Source of the DNA: Williopsis jadinii
Taxonomy: Eukaryota
DNA length: 64,000 nt
Assembly: GCA_024346625.1 (NCBI GenBank)
Contig: AP024665.1
Span: 682,001-746,000 of the forward strand
Reading direction: 5' to 3'
Shown here piece by piece: positions 34,484-44,463 of the stretch. The notes beneath the pieces are model-generated. The model ran no database searches. It was not told the DNA's origin and worked only from the letters and a program-made list of their open reading frames with translations. Every line of letters starts with the position of its first letter. The stretch's first letter is position 1. The position numbers were made by a program, and so were the translations under genes.

Positions 34484-36683
34484 ATGAGAGAGCTTCTACC
34501 AATGGTTTTGCTACTCTTCCTATTGGCTGTTGGCTCATGTGCTGGTGTTGCGTGAGTTGCATTGAGCATGTGCTTTGTGAAAAGGCGTGTATACTAATAC
34601 GATGGTGTGTATGTATAGGGTTCATACTGCGATGACATCAAGGGTACACAGCTACCTACCGGCCGACCTTGATAATTATTACCCTTATGTACTCTCAGGT
34701 TCCTTTTTCCCAGATAGCTTCTATACGTGTGGCAGCTCTGAGGCTTCTGAGGCCATACACTGGCCTCCATTCTTACAAAAAGCTGTGCAGTTCTACAGAT
34801 CCAAGTACCAGCGTCATGGAGACACTGAAGATGCCCGCAGGCTTCGGGCATTCCTCTATGGCGTTTTGACACACCAGATAGTGGATTCCTCATGGCATTC
34901 GATAGGCATGGAGGAAGGCCTATTGGTGTATCTGGCAAATGCTGACTTCGCAGGCGATGTAGAGAGGGCCCACCAACTGCTGGACACTGCGGGCGACTTC
35001 ATGCTTATGAGAAGGTTTATGGATAGAAGTCTCTTCACCATGGATTGGGAGTATCCGAACTGGGACGATATCAAGGGTATCCTGGAGTTGATGGATATCA
35101 GCCTTCCTAAAGAGATGATCAAATACTGTACAATGAGAGGCGAATCTGCACTGAAGGCAGAGGAAAAAATCGTTGATACAACTGCAACTGTCTATACAAG
35201 GATATCACCTCTTCTAGATGATATTCTAGAATCCTACCATATTGGTGGATTACAAGAGACTACTGATACTGCAATTCGATGCATACCGGAGCTCGACGAT
35301 TGGTTTGAACATGGTGCTCCATTAGATCCATGGCTGCTGTGTGGAGCGATACCAAGACCCCAAGCTATAGGAAAGACCTTGAAAGGAGATGGTACCATTA
35401 TAAGTACGTATTCTCCAATGTCTAAATTCGGACATGCCTTGGCAATTGGTAACTTCTTGGAAGAGCCTTCGCTGGCGATAAGTGCACTCATCGAAGATGG
35501 GGTTGGCTCTGTCTATGTCTTACCTCTGAGTGACTTCACAGACGTTGAGACATACAATCTGAACTCACCTGTGTTTTTAAGAGGGATGAGTTCTGGAAAG
35601 AACAATACCTTCCACTATCAGAAAAGATTTGGTCAGGCGTTGGCTCCTTACAATGTCTTTGATATAACTTACTTACTCGTAAGTGAGCCAGGAACTTCCT
35701 CAGTTCATATATTCAAAGGTGCAAATTTGATATTGACATTCCACGATTTCCAAGCTTCTTCACAGTTTGGGTATGGTGGAAAGAATCAGCAAGGGATATC
35801 GTTACATACATGGGATCTGAACAATGATGGAATTCAGGAAATCTTCATCACGGCACCATTGAACGACGTAAATGGATCTCATGTTCAAGGTGAAGTCATC
35901 GTGTTGGATGGGGCAAAAGTGTTACAAATGTTAGTCATATCACCAGGGTATGAGATTATTGATATGCAATTTGTCATTAGTAAGAGGATCACTTTACCGA
36001 AAAAATATGTGCAAAATGGGTATGAACAGTTTGGATCGAGTCTTGCTATATCTGCTGACAGTATCTTCGTTGGTGTTCAAGGATTCGGGGCTGTGATGGT
36101 ATTTGACCATGAATTTCAATTTCAATATTCTTTCCAAGGTGAAAGCGTTAAAAACAATGCTTATGGACTAAAGGTCTCATCTGAAACTGGTTTATATGCA
36201 TCAGAATGGATACTTCATGGAGAATGGGAAGACGTTCAATACGTAATCGTTGGTGCGCACCGGGAGGATTTCAATGGAATTCAAAATTGTATATCATGTG
36301 GTGCAGTTTACGTCTATGTTATCAAAGAGCGTCCAATATTTTGCACGAAATTACATTTGGAACCGTTGGCAGCAAATTCATTTGCACAATTTGGAACAGG
36401 TGCTGCTATAAATAATGGGACGTTATACGTATCAAGTCAGGGATATAAGGACAACAGTGGGAAGTTGTTTTCCGTTAGCATGAATCAAGTGCTCAAATCA
36501 CCGAGTGAGTTATTGATAAAGACACCAGTTGTTGATGGTGCGTATGGTTATAATGGATTCGGTAAACAACTTGTAATTCATGAAGATCAAATAATTATTG
36601 GGGAACCTTTATTTGGATATGATGAGCTTTGGGATGACACTAAAAGGCTTATGGGTCGCGTGGGGATCTACACGTTGAGATAA
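34484..36683 (+). CDS. GPI-specific phospholipase D-like protein (GPLD1/YJL132W family); join(34484..34551,34619..36683), 710 aa
   Basis: Signal peptide, zinc-dependent phospholipase-type motifs (GSFFPD, HWPPF, GVLTHQIVDSSWH, AHQLLDTAGD), FG-GAP-like repeats; next to AIM23 and MRS3 as YJL132W is. Confidence 0.85.
34552..34618 (+). other. Spliceosomal intron of the GPI-PLD-like gene (67 nt)
   Basis: GTGAGT donor, TACTAAT branch 34592-34598, TAG acceptor; in-frame join AGVA-VHT. Confidence 0.85.
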
Positions 36684-36730
36684 AGAGCATATGTACAAGG
36701 TTATGCGTGCTGTATGTATATATGTACAAA

Positions 36731-37807
36731 CTATGATAGTGTATTTGCCTGCATTTTTTCAAACTCTTTAGCCCTGGCCTCCATCTCTGCTTTCTTTTTC
36801 TCTTCTCTTTGTTTTTGCTTCAGGATTCTTTCCAACTTCTTCTGATCCTTGGACGATTTCTTGTCAGTATTCTTTGAGTCCTTAGCCATTGGAATGACTG
36901 TCAACACGATTCTCCCACCAATGTTACCAGATGTCTCCACTTCAGCTACATCAGCTAAGATATCTTTCAATTTGGTCAAGGTTTTCTCTCTTTTGATCAT
37001 TTCCAGGTCGTTCAACTTTTTGGACTTTTCAACATTTAATGCTTCACTAACATCGAATGCTCCTCTCATATCGTTGAAATTGTCCTTTGAATCAATAGCA
37101 ATTGTAAGCTTGTAATTTTTCTTCAAGTGTGACAAGATTTCATTACATTTCTGGTTCTCTAAGTCCATCGGGCTAATCTCCCATGAGACTTTGACAAACT
37201 TTACGTTTGAGTCTCTCTTCTTCTCTCTTGTACGCCCGTACAGTTTGGAGATCTCCATGGATCTCTTTTCAGCAAAAGTTTTCAAGACTGATTCTTTGTT
37301 CATCAATCTAAGAAGTGGATATTTGTGATCCTTCACAGTTTGAATGTCAACAATGTCCACAGTTTCATCGTCCTGCAATTCTTTCAGCACTTGTTTGAAA
37401 TGATACTTCTTTGGAGAGCCTTCATCCCCAACTTTGAGCACTTGAAACTGAGGATTCACCTCATACACCCTTTTGAACAGATCCGTATAGTATTCATTCT
37501 CTCGCAGGGATAGCGATTCCGAGTATTTGAAAGTCTTTGGGTCAAAGTGTGCGTAAGGGTCATTTACTTTCTTCTGTGGCTTCTTATAATGAGTATTTCC
37601 GCCCTGTGAAGCGTGCGAAGCAGCTTGTGGATGTGTTTTTGGTTTGAAGTGCTTCTTTGTTGAACGGTCATCTTGGGTGCTCTTTCGCAGCTGAGCCCAG
37701 TAATCAGTCTGTGACGACTTCTTCGAAGCAGCTGTGAGGGTTTCAAGTATATCCTTTGTGGATTTGGAGTAGCACCTTCTCTGTGTCCTTAATAACCTTC
37801 CAATCAT
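36731..37807 (-). CDS. AIM23: Mitochondrial translation initiation factor 3
   Basis: Presequence MIGRLLRTQRRCYS; KFVKVSWEISPMDLENQK motif; synteny with YJL132W and MRS3. Confidence 0.82.
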   Translation of the reverse strand: MIGRLLRTQRRCYSKSTKDILETLTAASKKSSQTDYWAQLRKSTQDDRSTKKHFKPKTHPQAASHASQGGNTHYKKPQKKVNDPYAHFDPKTFKYSESLSLRENEYYTDLFKRVYEVNPQFQVLKVGDEGSPKKYHFKQVLKELQDDETVDIVDIQTVKDHKYPLLRLMNKESVLKTFAEKRSMEISKLYGRTREKKRDSNVKFVKVSWEISPMDLENQKCNEILSHLKKNYKLTIAIDSKDNFNDMRGAFDVSEALNVEKSKKLNDLEMIKREKTLTKLKDILADVAEVETSGNIGGRIVLTVIPMAKDSKNTDKKSSKDQKKLERILKQKQREEKKKAEMEARAKEFEKMQANTLS

Positions 37808-37928
37808 CCCGTAGACAGCTTTAACTGGTTAATGTTGATCAAAGTGGTAAAGAGGTATAGGTCATTTCGATGCCCTCTTTGCAAGAAAAACTGCGTAGAG
37901 GAAGGCTCAACAAAAACAGAACTGGCAA

Positions 37929-38027
37929 GAGTCGAACTTGGAACCTCGGAGTGCTTATCTCCACGCAGAGTATAAAGTGCAAGAATCAGCCAAAATCAAC
38001 GGCCCTTGTGCTCTCGTGGCGCAGTGG
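37929..38027 (+). promoter_or_regulatory. RNA polymerase III promoter elements of RPR1
   Basis: TATAAAG 37971-37977; A box TGGCGCAGTGG 38017-38027; B-box match GTTCGACTC on the minus strand at 37929-37937. Confidence 0.7.
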
Positions 38028-38038
38028 GCCGCCCTCTC

Positions 38039-38365
38039 TCTCCCTCAAAGAGTCTGTATGAACCTGTCTTCAAAAGGAGATCAACCCCAAAAGGTTGAGT
38101 CTCATGGGTGTTTGAACCACTCGGCGTAAACAGGTGGGAAATTCGGTGGTACACTCCGTCCAACTTCTAATTTACTCTTGAGAGTATCCAGGCGAGGAAA
38201 TTGCCGGGCTGTGGCCATAAGAAATTAAGCCCAGGGGGGATTTCCCTCCTGGACATGGGAGCGCTACACAGGACGGTTGGCTAGTTTGAGCTGGCTATTG
38301 AGTGCAATATACAGATCATCACCTCGGTGGTGGAACGCGATACCGATTACTTCTTGGAGGGGAGA
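38039..38365 (+). ncRNA. RPR1: Nuclear RNase P RNA (ends approximate)
   Basis: Conserved segments CAGGTGGGAAATTCGGTG (38131-38148), GAGTGCAAT (38300-38308) and GAACGCGATACCGATTAC (to 38350); 5' TCTCCCTCAAAGAG can pair with 3' TTCTTGGAGGGGAGA (P1 helix). Confidence 0.95.
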
Positions 38366-38369
38366 TCTC

Positions 38370-38383
38370 TTTTTTTTTTTTTT
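38370..38383 (+). terminator. Pol III oligo-T terminator (T14)
   Basis: T run immediately after the RPR1 3' end. Confidence 0.9.
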
Positions 38384-39099
38384 GGTTGTTCTTTAAAACT
38401 GTAGAAACAAGAAACATTGACTAAAAATTTAGCTGGTGATATACTCCATTGCTCAGTGTTTATACTGATTTGTGAGATTTATTTGCTGTTTCAGACGGTG
38501 CTGATGATTACTCCAATTTTGGTGCTTTGTGTGGGTGTGTGGGTTCGGTTTTCTTGATCGCGGCTTTTTTCCCATTGCTCGCAACTTTACCTTACCTTGA
38601 GACACATTGAAGCGTCCAGGTTAGTGTTTCAAAACTACAGGCTGTAACCATGGTATTAAGCAGTATACGTAGAATATTTGCATCTGTGCGTTCAGAGGAA
38701 GAGGAGAAGATGTATTCGAGGAAAGCTGTAAGTTATATGTACCGGAAACCCTTGGTTTCCTACTGTTAGATTTGTCCGTGGTATTAACAATCACGATGTA
38801 AAGTTCTTCAACTTGTTAGGGTTTCTAGGCTCATGTGTGGTATTCTCCTTTGTTGCACAACAAATGGCACGTCAACCAAGAGAGCTAGCAGCGGTAGCTA
38901 AAGCGTTGGCTTTACAAACGGCAATTACAAATACATGACACATTTAATACACATAGTTATCTGATTCTTTTCCCTTGGTGCTTTCCCAAGGGAATAATAT
39001 GTACAAGTGATTCGTTACTTCATATGCAAATAAAACACTTACTTGTCCCTTTACCCCAGATCTTGTTTCCACAATAATCCCCCAGTCAATTCATTCATA

Positions 39100-39981
39100 T
39101 CAATGAATGAGGAAATGCTTTGCCATTTCATAAGAAGTCCATGCAATTGCCGTTGCAGGAACATTGGCTATAACTCTAGGCCTTAGACCTCTTGTAAACC
39201 CCTTCCATCCATGGATTTCATAGATGGCCCTAGCAGCCTTAGATAGTGTATCAACCTTTTGCAATCTTGGATCCTTAGATACACCACGGACTTGTAATAC
39301 AGTCTTGATGCAGTCCATTGGCGTGGTTAATGCAGCAGCTGTGGCACCACTGATACCACCACATAGACAGTGTACGATTGGATCATAGTTATTAGTTGGA
39401 TTCATAAGTTTTGTTGAAGTTTCATAGATGACAAAATTTAATGCAGCAAAGGGAACGTTCATAGCCACAGTTGTCGGATAAGAATAGTAAAAACATGCTA
39501 GACCTTCATTTTGGTACATTTGCCTAGAAAGTTTGAACATGCTTAGTTCAGAGTTGCCCAACTGCATTCTCTGTTTCACCGTATCAAATGGATTCATCAA
39601 TGCATCTGCTGCAATTGTAGCACTTGAACCCGCCAATGCAGTACTCAAGATGTTGAACTTGTCATGATCTGTAATAAGAGAATCTTTAACCCACTCGTAC
39701 GTAGCATAATACACCGCATGTGCAGGCCCTGCTCCCATAACCATCGAGTTTAAACCCTTGAAAAGAGCAACGGACCCTTCAGTCGTTGTGATCTTTGTCA
39801 TTGCGCTCAAAACACCGGTATAGGCGGACCCTAGTCCACCAGCCTGCATTCTGGTCTTTATCGCATCGATGGGGAACATCACACTGTGTTCCATAATACC
39901 TGCAAATGCGCCAGCTAACAGCTGGGCCCCCAGTGTCGCACTGTCAGGGAGTGCTTCGTAGTCGATCTCATCAACAGCCAT
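39100..39981 (-). CDS. MRS3: Mitochondrial iron carrier (mitoferrin, Mrs3/Mrs4 pro-ortholog)
   Basis: Motifs DYEALP, AGAFAGIMEHSVMFPIDAIKTRMQ, GAGPAHAVY, three carrier signatures. Confidence 0.93.
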   Translation of the reverse strand: MAVDEIDYEALPDSATLGAQLLAGAFAGIMEHSVMFPIDAIKTRMQAGGLGSAYTGVLSAMTKITTTEGSVALFKGLNSMVMGAGPAHAVYYATYEWVKDSLITDHDKFNILSTALAGSSATIAADALMNPFDTVKQRMQLGNSELSMFKLSRQMYQNEGLACFYYSYPTTVAMNVPFAALNFVIYETSTKLMNPTNNYDPIVHCLCGGISGATAAALTTPMDCIKTVLQVRGVSKDPRLQKVDTLSKAARAIYEIHGWKGFTRGLRPRVIANVPATAIAWTSYEMAKHFLIH

Positions 39982-40942
39982 TGAGATGGTCTATACCTTT
40001 CTTCCGTTTATAATAAATGCAATATGCTGGATAAGCCAAAGTTGAGGGTTGGAAAACACCGAGATAGTACTCCAATAGATAACCTCGAGCAAACACCGAG
40101 AATCGAAAATTAAAATGATACAGAAGAAGAGAAAGCAATCTTTCTCAGTGTTTCTCCGTGTAGTTTATTAGTTTAAAACAGAGTCAACTGCCGAGATCAC
40201 ACCCTGAATACAAATCACCAACAGACACGGAGTCAGTTTATAAGGGTTTTACTTTGTAGGTGTTTAAGTGAACGAGAAAGATGTGTCGAAGTTTGTACTT
40301 TTGAAAAGAGGTGGAAAATTTCTTGTTCTTTTATTTCTTTTTTTTTCTGGTGCCTCTGTGCTCTGTTCCCGTACACCGATTTTCAACGCGGTCCTGTATT
40401 ACTTGATCTTTTAGATTGAAACCTCTCTTTAGAAGCACAATTGGATTGTACTTTGTTGAAATGTGGAATTAGACTACCAACGTGTATAGAACAGCAAAGA
40501 AGACAAAAGTTTGCGAAATAATGAAAAGAAAAAATAACAGCACTCATTCGCTAAGATTCTCCTCCTTTCCAACGCTTGTTGCCCATGGACTCGGATTTCC
40601 GTAGAAGCGCACGGCCACCGCTAAACGGATAATCCATTGTTAATGGGGGAAATTTACAAACCGTGCGGGCGTTTGTATAGTACAAAATTCAAAAAACACT
40701 GACCTCCACCACACAAAAGCCAAAAAGAGTTTCAGCGGACTTTATTTTTTTCTGCGTTTGTCATTACGCGATGGCCATGTCCCAAACGCTCATGCTTTTA
40801 AAGTTTACAAAAGGGCTATGGATTGTGATATGACAAGTGGTATTGGTGGAGATTGTCCGCTTGGGACACACAAATAGTACATAGCTGTACAAATCCGTTA
40901 CTTAAATGTGACTTTCGTATATTCACCTTTTTCTATATCGAT

Positions 40943-41953
40943 CTAGAATAATCCCTTCTGCTCCGGAACAAGAGATATAACTTTCCCAGTCTTGATGACA
41001 TTCTCAACGTTTTCAACAACGAACTCCTCCATGGCTTGGATGGTCTCAACAGAGTGGGTACCCATGTGTGGTAGTGCCAAAACGTTTGGTAAGGAAACCA
41101 GCTCTAAGTTAACGTTTGGCTCGTTCTCCAACACGTCCAAACCCGCGGATCTTAGAGTACCATCCTTGAGCGCCTGGATCAATGCGGTCTCGTCGATAAC
41201 ACCGCCTCTAGCGGTATTCACCAAGACTGCACCCTTCTTCACTTTGGCAAACACATCGGCGTTGAACATGTGCTTTGTATGCTTGTTCAATGGCACGTTA
41301 ATGGAGATGATATCACTAGTAGCTAAAAGTTCGTCAAATGATACATATTCGGCACCACCTTCCAACTCTTCATTCAGTTTGTTTCTATTGTGATATACGA
41401 ATCTCTCAAATCCAAATGGTTTCAACTTCTTCAAGATGTTTCTACCAATACCTCCCAGTCCTACGATACCAACGGTTTTACCCTTTGGATCGTGAGCCAC
41501 CGGTGTACCTGCAGCTCGTGGACTTGCTGGCCATTCTCCTCTTAGCAATCTATGATGACCATCGCTAAAGTTTCTCAGGGCACCAAGGAGCAAGAACACA
41601 TGAGTGTCAGCTGTGGAATCATCAACCAATTCTGGCACGTTGGACAACTGGATCTTTCTCTCAGCAAGTGCATGTGGATTTACTTGATCATAACCAGCAC
41701 CATTGTGACAAACGGCGATGACTGAATCTGGTAAATGCTTAATCAACTCTTCATCAAACAAACCGGTTTGATTGGCACTGCCGAACGTTCTGGTGATATA
41801 CTGGACATCTTTGTATTTGCCCTGCAAGTTCTCCAAGAACTCTTGACGGTTTTTTGAATCGTCAACGATGACAGTAGCTATGGACTCTAGTTTCTTCCAC
41901 GCTTTATCTGCATAGAAAACTTCACCAAGACGAAGAACAATTGGTTTGGACAT
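40943..41953 (-). CDS. GOR1: Glyoxylate reductase (D-2-hydroxyacid dehydrogenase), 336 aa
   Basis: Motifs MSKPIVLRLG, HNGAGYD, GLGGIG, VNTARG, GLDV.E.EP, PHMGT. Confidence 0.9.
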   Translation of the reverse strand: MSKPIVLRLGEVFYADKAWKKLESIATVIVDDSKNRQEFLENLQGKYKDVQYITRTFGSANQTGLFDEELIKHLPDSVIAVCHNGAGYDQVNPHALAERKIQLSNVPELVDDSTADTHVFLLLGALRNFSDGHHRLLRGEWPASPRAAGTPVAHDPKGKTVGIVGLGGIGRNILKKLKPFGFERFVYHNRNKLNEELEGGAEYVSFDELLATSDIISINVPLNKHTKHMFNADVFAKVKKGAVLVNTARGGVIDETALIQALKDGTLRSAGLDVLENEPNVNLELVSLPNVLALPHMGTHSVETIQAMEEFVVENVENVIKTGKVISLVPEQKGLF

Positions 41954-44187
41954 TTTCTTAGCTATTGTTGAATGCATACCACAATTGGGAAAAAGAGGGG
42001 GGGGGGATTCAATTAACAATTGCAAGTCCCTTTTATATATAACCAGAGTGTAGACGCAGCAAAAATCGAAAAATAAAACCAACAGTTTTTCCGGTATACA
42101 CAAGGCATTGAAAAGCGCGATAAGCGCACGGACACGCTTGTCAGAATCTAACAGGACAAAAGATAGAGAGAGAGCAAAAGGATCAGTTCGTCATTCACAA
42201 CATGGGTTTCACGATAAGGATATTTTACATGAATATGGAAAGAAAACAACGAGAACACTAGCAGATATATGGGTTAAAAAGCTGTGAGTTACCATTTTGT
42301 CACAGTGTTTCAAAGAACTGACACGGGTCGCCGTTTTCGGATTGGTGTGCGACGCGTTGTTTCTTGACTCTGGTTTGAAACCTCAGAAAACCCCACGGGA
42401 ACCCCCACCACTACACTGCTATGTTCAGTAACTCGATGGCTTTGATAACCTGAACAGGAAATGTTAGGCGGGGTCACTAGCTGAACAGAGTCTCCAGTGC
42501 TGTGGCGTACTTGACTCGTGTACGATGCAAGCTTGTAGGGCCCCTGTTGTGACAGATTAGAAATCAGGACATAAAGGTACCTCCTACGACTTGTGTTCAC
42601 TGTTTTTCCTTTTGTCCAAAGCAAACACAGTACCATGGAGCTGGAGAAGATCACCACAAGTGTAAAAATAAGAATTCATGTTTCTCTGTGCTCAACTATC
42701 TGCGAGGCATCTTTCTTGGTTGGTGAATCTTGAACACGTTAAATAGTTAAACCTCCCTCCGTTGTCAATTGTCTAACGGTGCTTATGTCGGACCTGTGGG
42801 CCGTAATTGTTAATGTGGGTTACTACAATTACTTGATGTGTCAATATAGACCATCCTCCCAGATTAACTCTCCAGACTGTATTCTGTCTAACCACCCTAA
42901 CAAACTGACTTAGATTTTATCACAGACTGTGGATTAGCATACAAGCAGGTTGGATGTGTTCTACTACAGCTTAGAAGAAATTTCCAGCATCAGAAAGACT
43001 TTGACTTACTCTCTGCTTTTCGCCAACCAGTTCCAGAATAACTGAGGATCACATTCCCCCTATATTTAGGCTTATGGAGGCTATTCACGGTTAATGGAAA
43101 ATACGTCATAGGAAATTTACTCTCAGATCAACTTATCGCACTACATTTTCACTTCAGCCCTGTGCGTATCTTATGGTCCACGCGCAAATCGGGCCCATGC
43201 TGTGTATGTTAGCCCAGTTCTGGAACCTGACTATTTTGCGTGTCATATAAGTAGGCTGATCATCTTAGGGTGTCAATTTCCAAACACCGATTTTCGCAAT
43301 TTGGCCTTGTAATGAGCTCAAACTTCAAAAGACATGGCCAATGAACGGCCTAGTGAGCACAAAGCTCTTAGCTCCGGGAGAGGGTTGGCAAAGATGCTTC
43401 TAAGGAAGTGTTGTGCAATTCCCTCAACGGACTCCTTATAACTTCATTGGACACTTTAATAATCACAAGATCAAAAAAAGTTTACGTATGTAATCAAAGT
43501 GTATCAAAAGTAACACCACTATCTGGAAATGGTCTATTTGTTATCAACTCATACGATTTTAGAATTTAAAGTACGGACTCTCCATGAACCCCCCCCCCCT
43601 TTCTCTCCCCTTGCTAAAAAGCCAATCTCGTGGTCCAAATTTCTGCTTCTGCCATGATTTGGAGACCTGAAGGTGTTTCAGCAGCAAGTTGCAAACCGAC
43701 AAGCAGAAGCCAAGCTGAACCACACGGAAATTTTCTGTTAAAGCCTCGTCTGAACAACGGTTAAAATGCAAAGCGTGTACTAAACAAATCCTCCAAAATC
43801 GCTCATTGGCTAATGGGGCTACTGATATCAGAAAATGAGGGGCCACGCATCGGAATATCACGAATTTGTAAAAAAAGAGGTCATTCATTTTTTTTGGTGC
43901 GATGGCAATACTGCAATCGTAGATCAGAGTAATCAAAACAGTTCAAGCACATCGAACCACGGGATGAGAGAAAACACGCAAGACATTTAGTGCCGATGAC
44001 GTCTGTACACACAGTTTTGCAGAAGTACCCAAGGTAAAGAACAAAAAAAAATTTCGCACCCTTTAATGTGTGTGACCTTCTGCTTATTATATAAGTACGC
44101 GATGAGTTCCTCTTACAAACATCATCCTTTGAGATTACCGTCTGTTGTAGATCAGCGAACTGTCAAGTCTTCCTTTTAAATACTAAG

Positions 44188-44463
44188 ATGTTCAGAATTA
44201 ACTCTATCAGACTCATCAATACTTCATCGAGAGCTGCAGCCATTGCATTGGAGAATGTCACCACAACTTCAGCTAAGGAGGCTGCAACTGGTAACTCCTT
44301 CAAATCCTTTGCCGAGTATAGAAAAGCTGCTATCTATAACGGACCATTGAAGAAGAGTATGCTATTGAGATCTCATGGTGAATTTAAGCCAGCAACTCCA
44401 GAGGACAGAGAGTTGTTTGCGCAGGAGGCTGCTAGACACAGTGCTTACAAGGAGAGTATCTGA
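44188..44463 (+). CDS. DPI8: Small mitochondrial protein, Dpi8/YJL133C-A-like
   Basis: Presequence-like N-terminus and motif GNSFKSFAEYR..GPL; near MRS3 as in S. cerevisiae. Confidence 0.8.
   Translation: MFRINSIRLINTSSRAAAIALENVTTTSAKEAATGNSFKSFAEYRKAAIYNGPLKKSMLLRSHGEFKPATPEDRELFAQEAARHSAYKESI

Noticed and set aside
37912..37995. Intact tRNA on the minus strand upstream of RPR1
   Set aside because: Only the T-arm/B box is present; acceptor, D and anticodon stems cannot be formed
38590..39042. 3' UTR intron of MRS3 (minus-strand GTAAGT at 39042, CACTAAC near 38620)
   Set aside because: Acceptor would be AAG and the intron over 400 nt; such motifs arise readily by chance
19706..41953. Nitrogen-catabolism gene cluster (DUR1,2, amine oxidase, GOR1)
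   Set aside because: The genes are separated by many unrelated housekeeping genes from different synteny blocks
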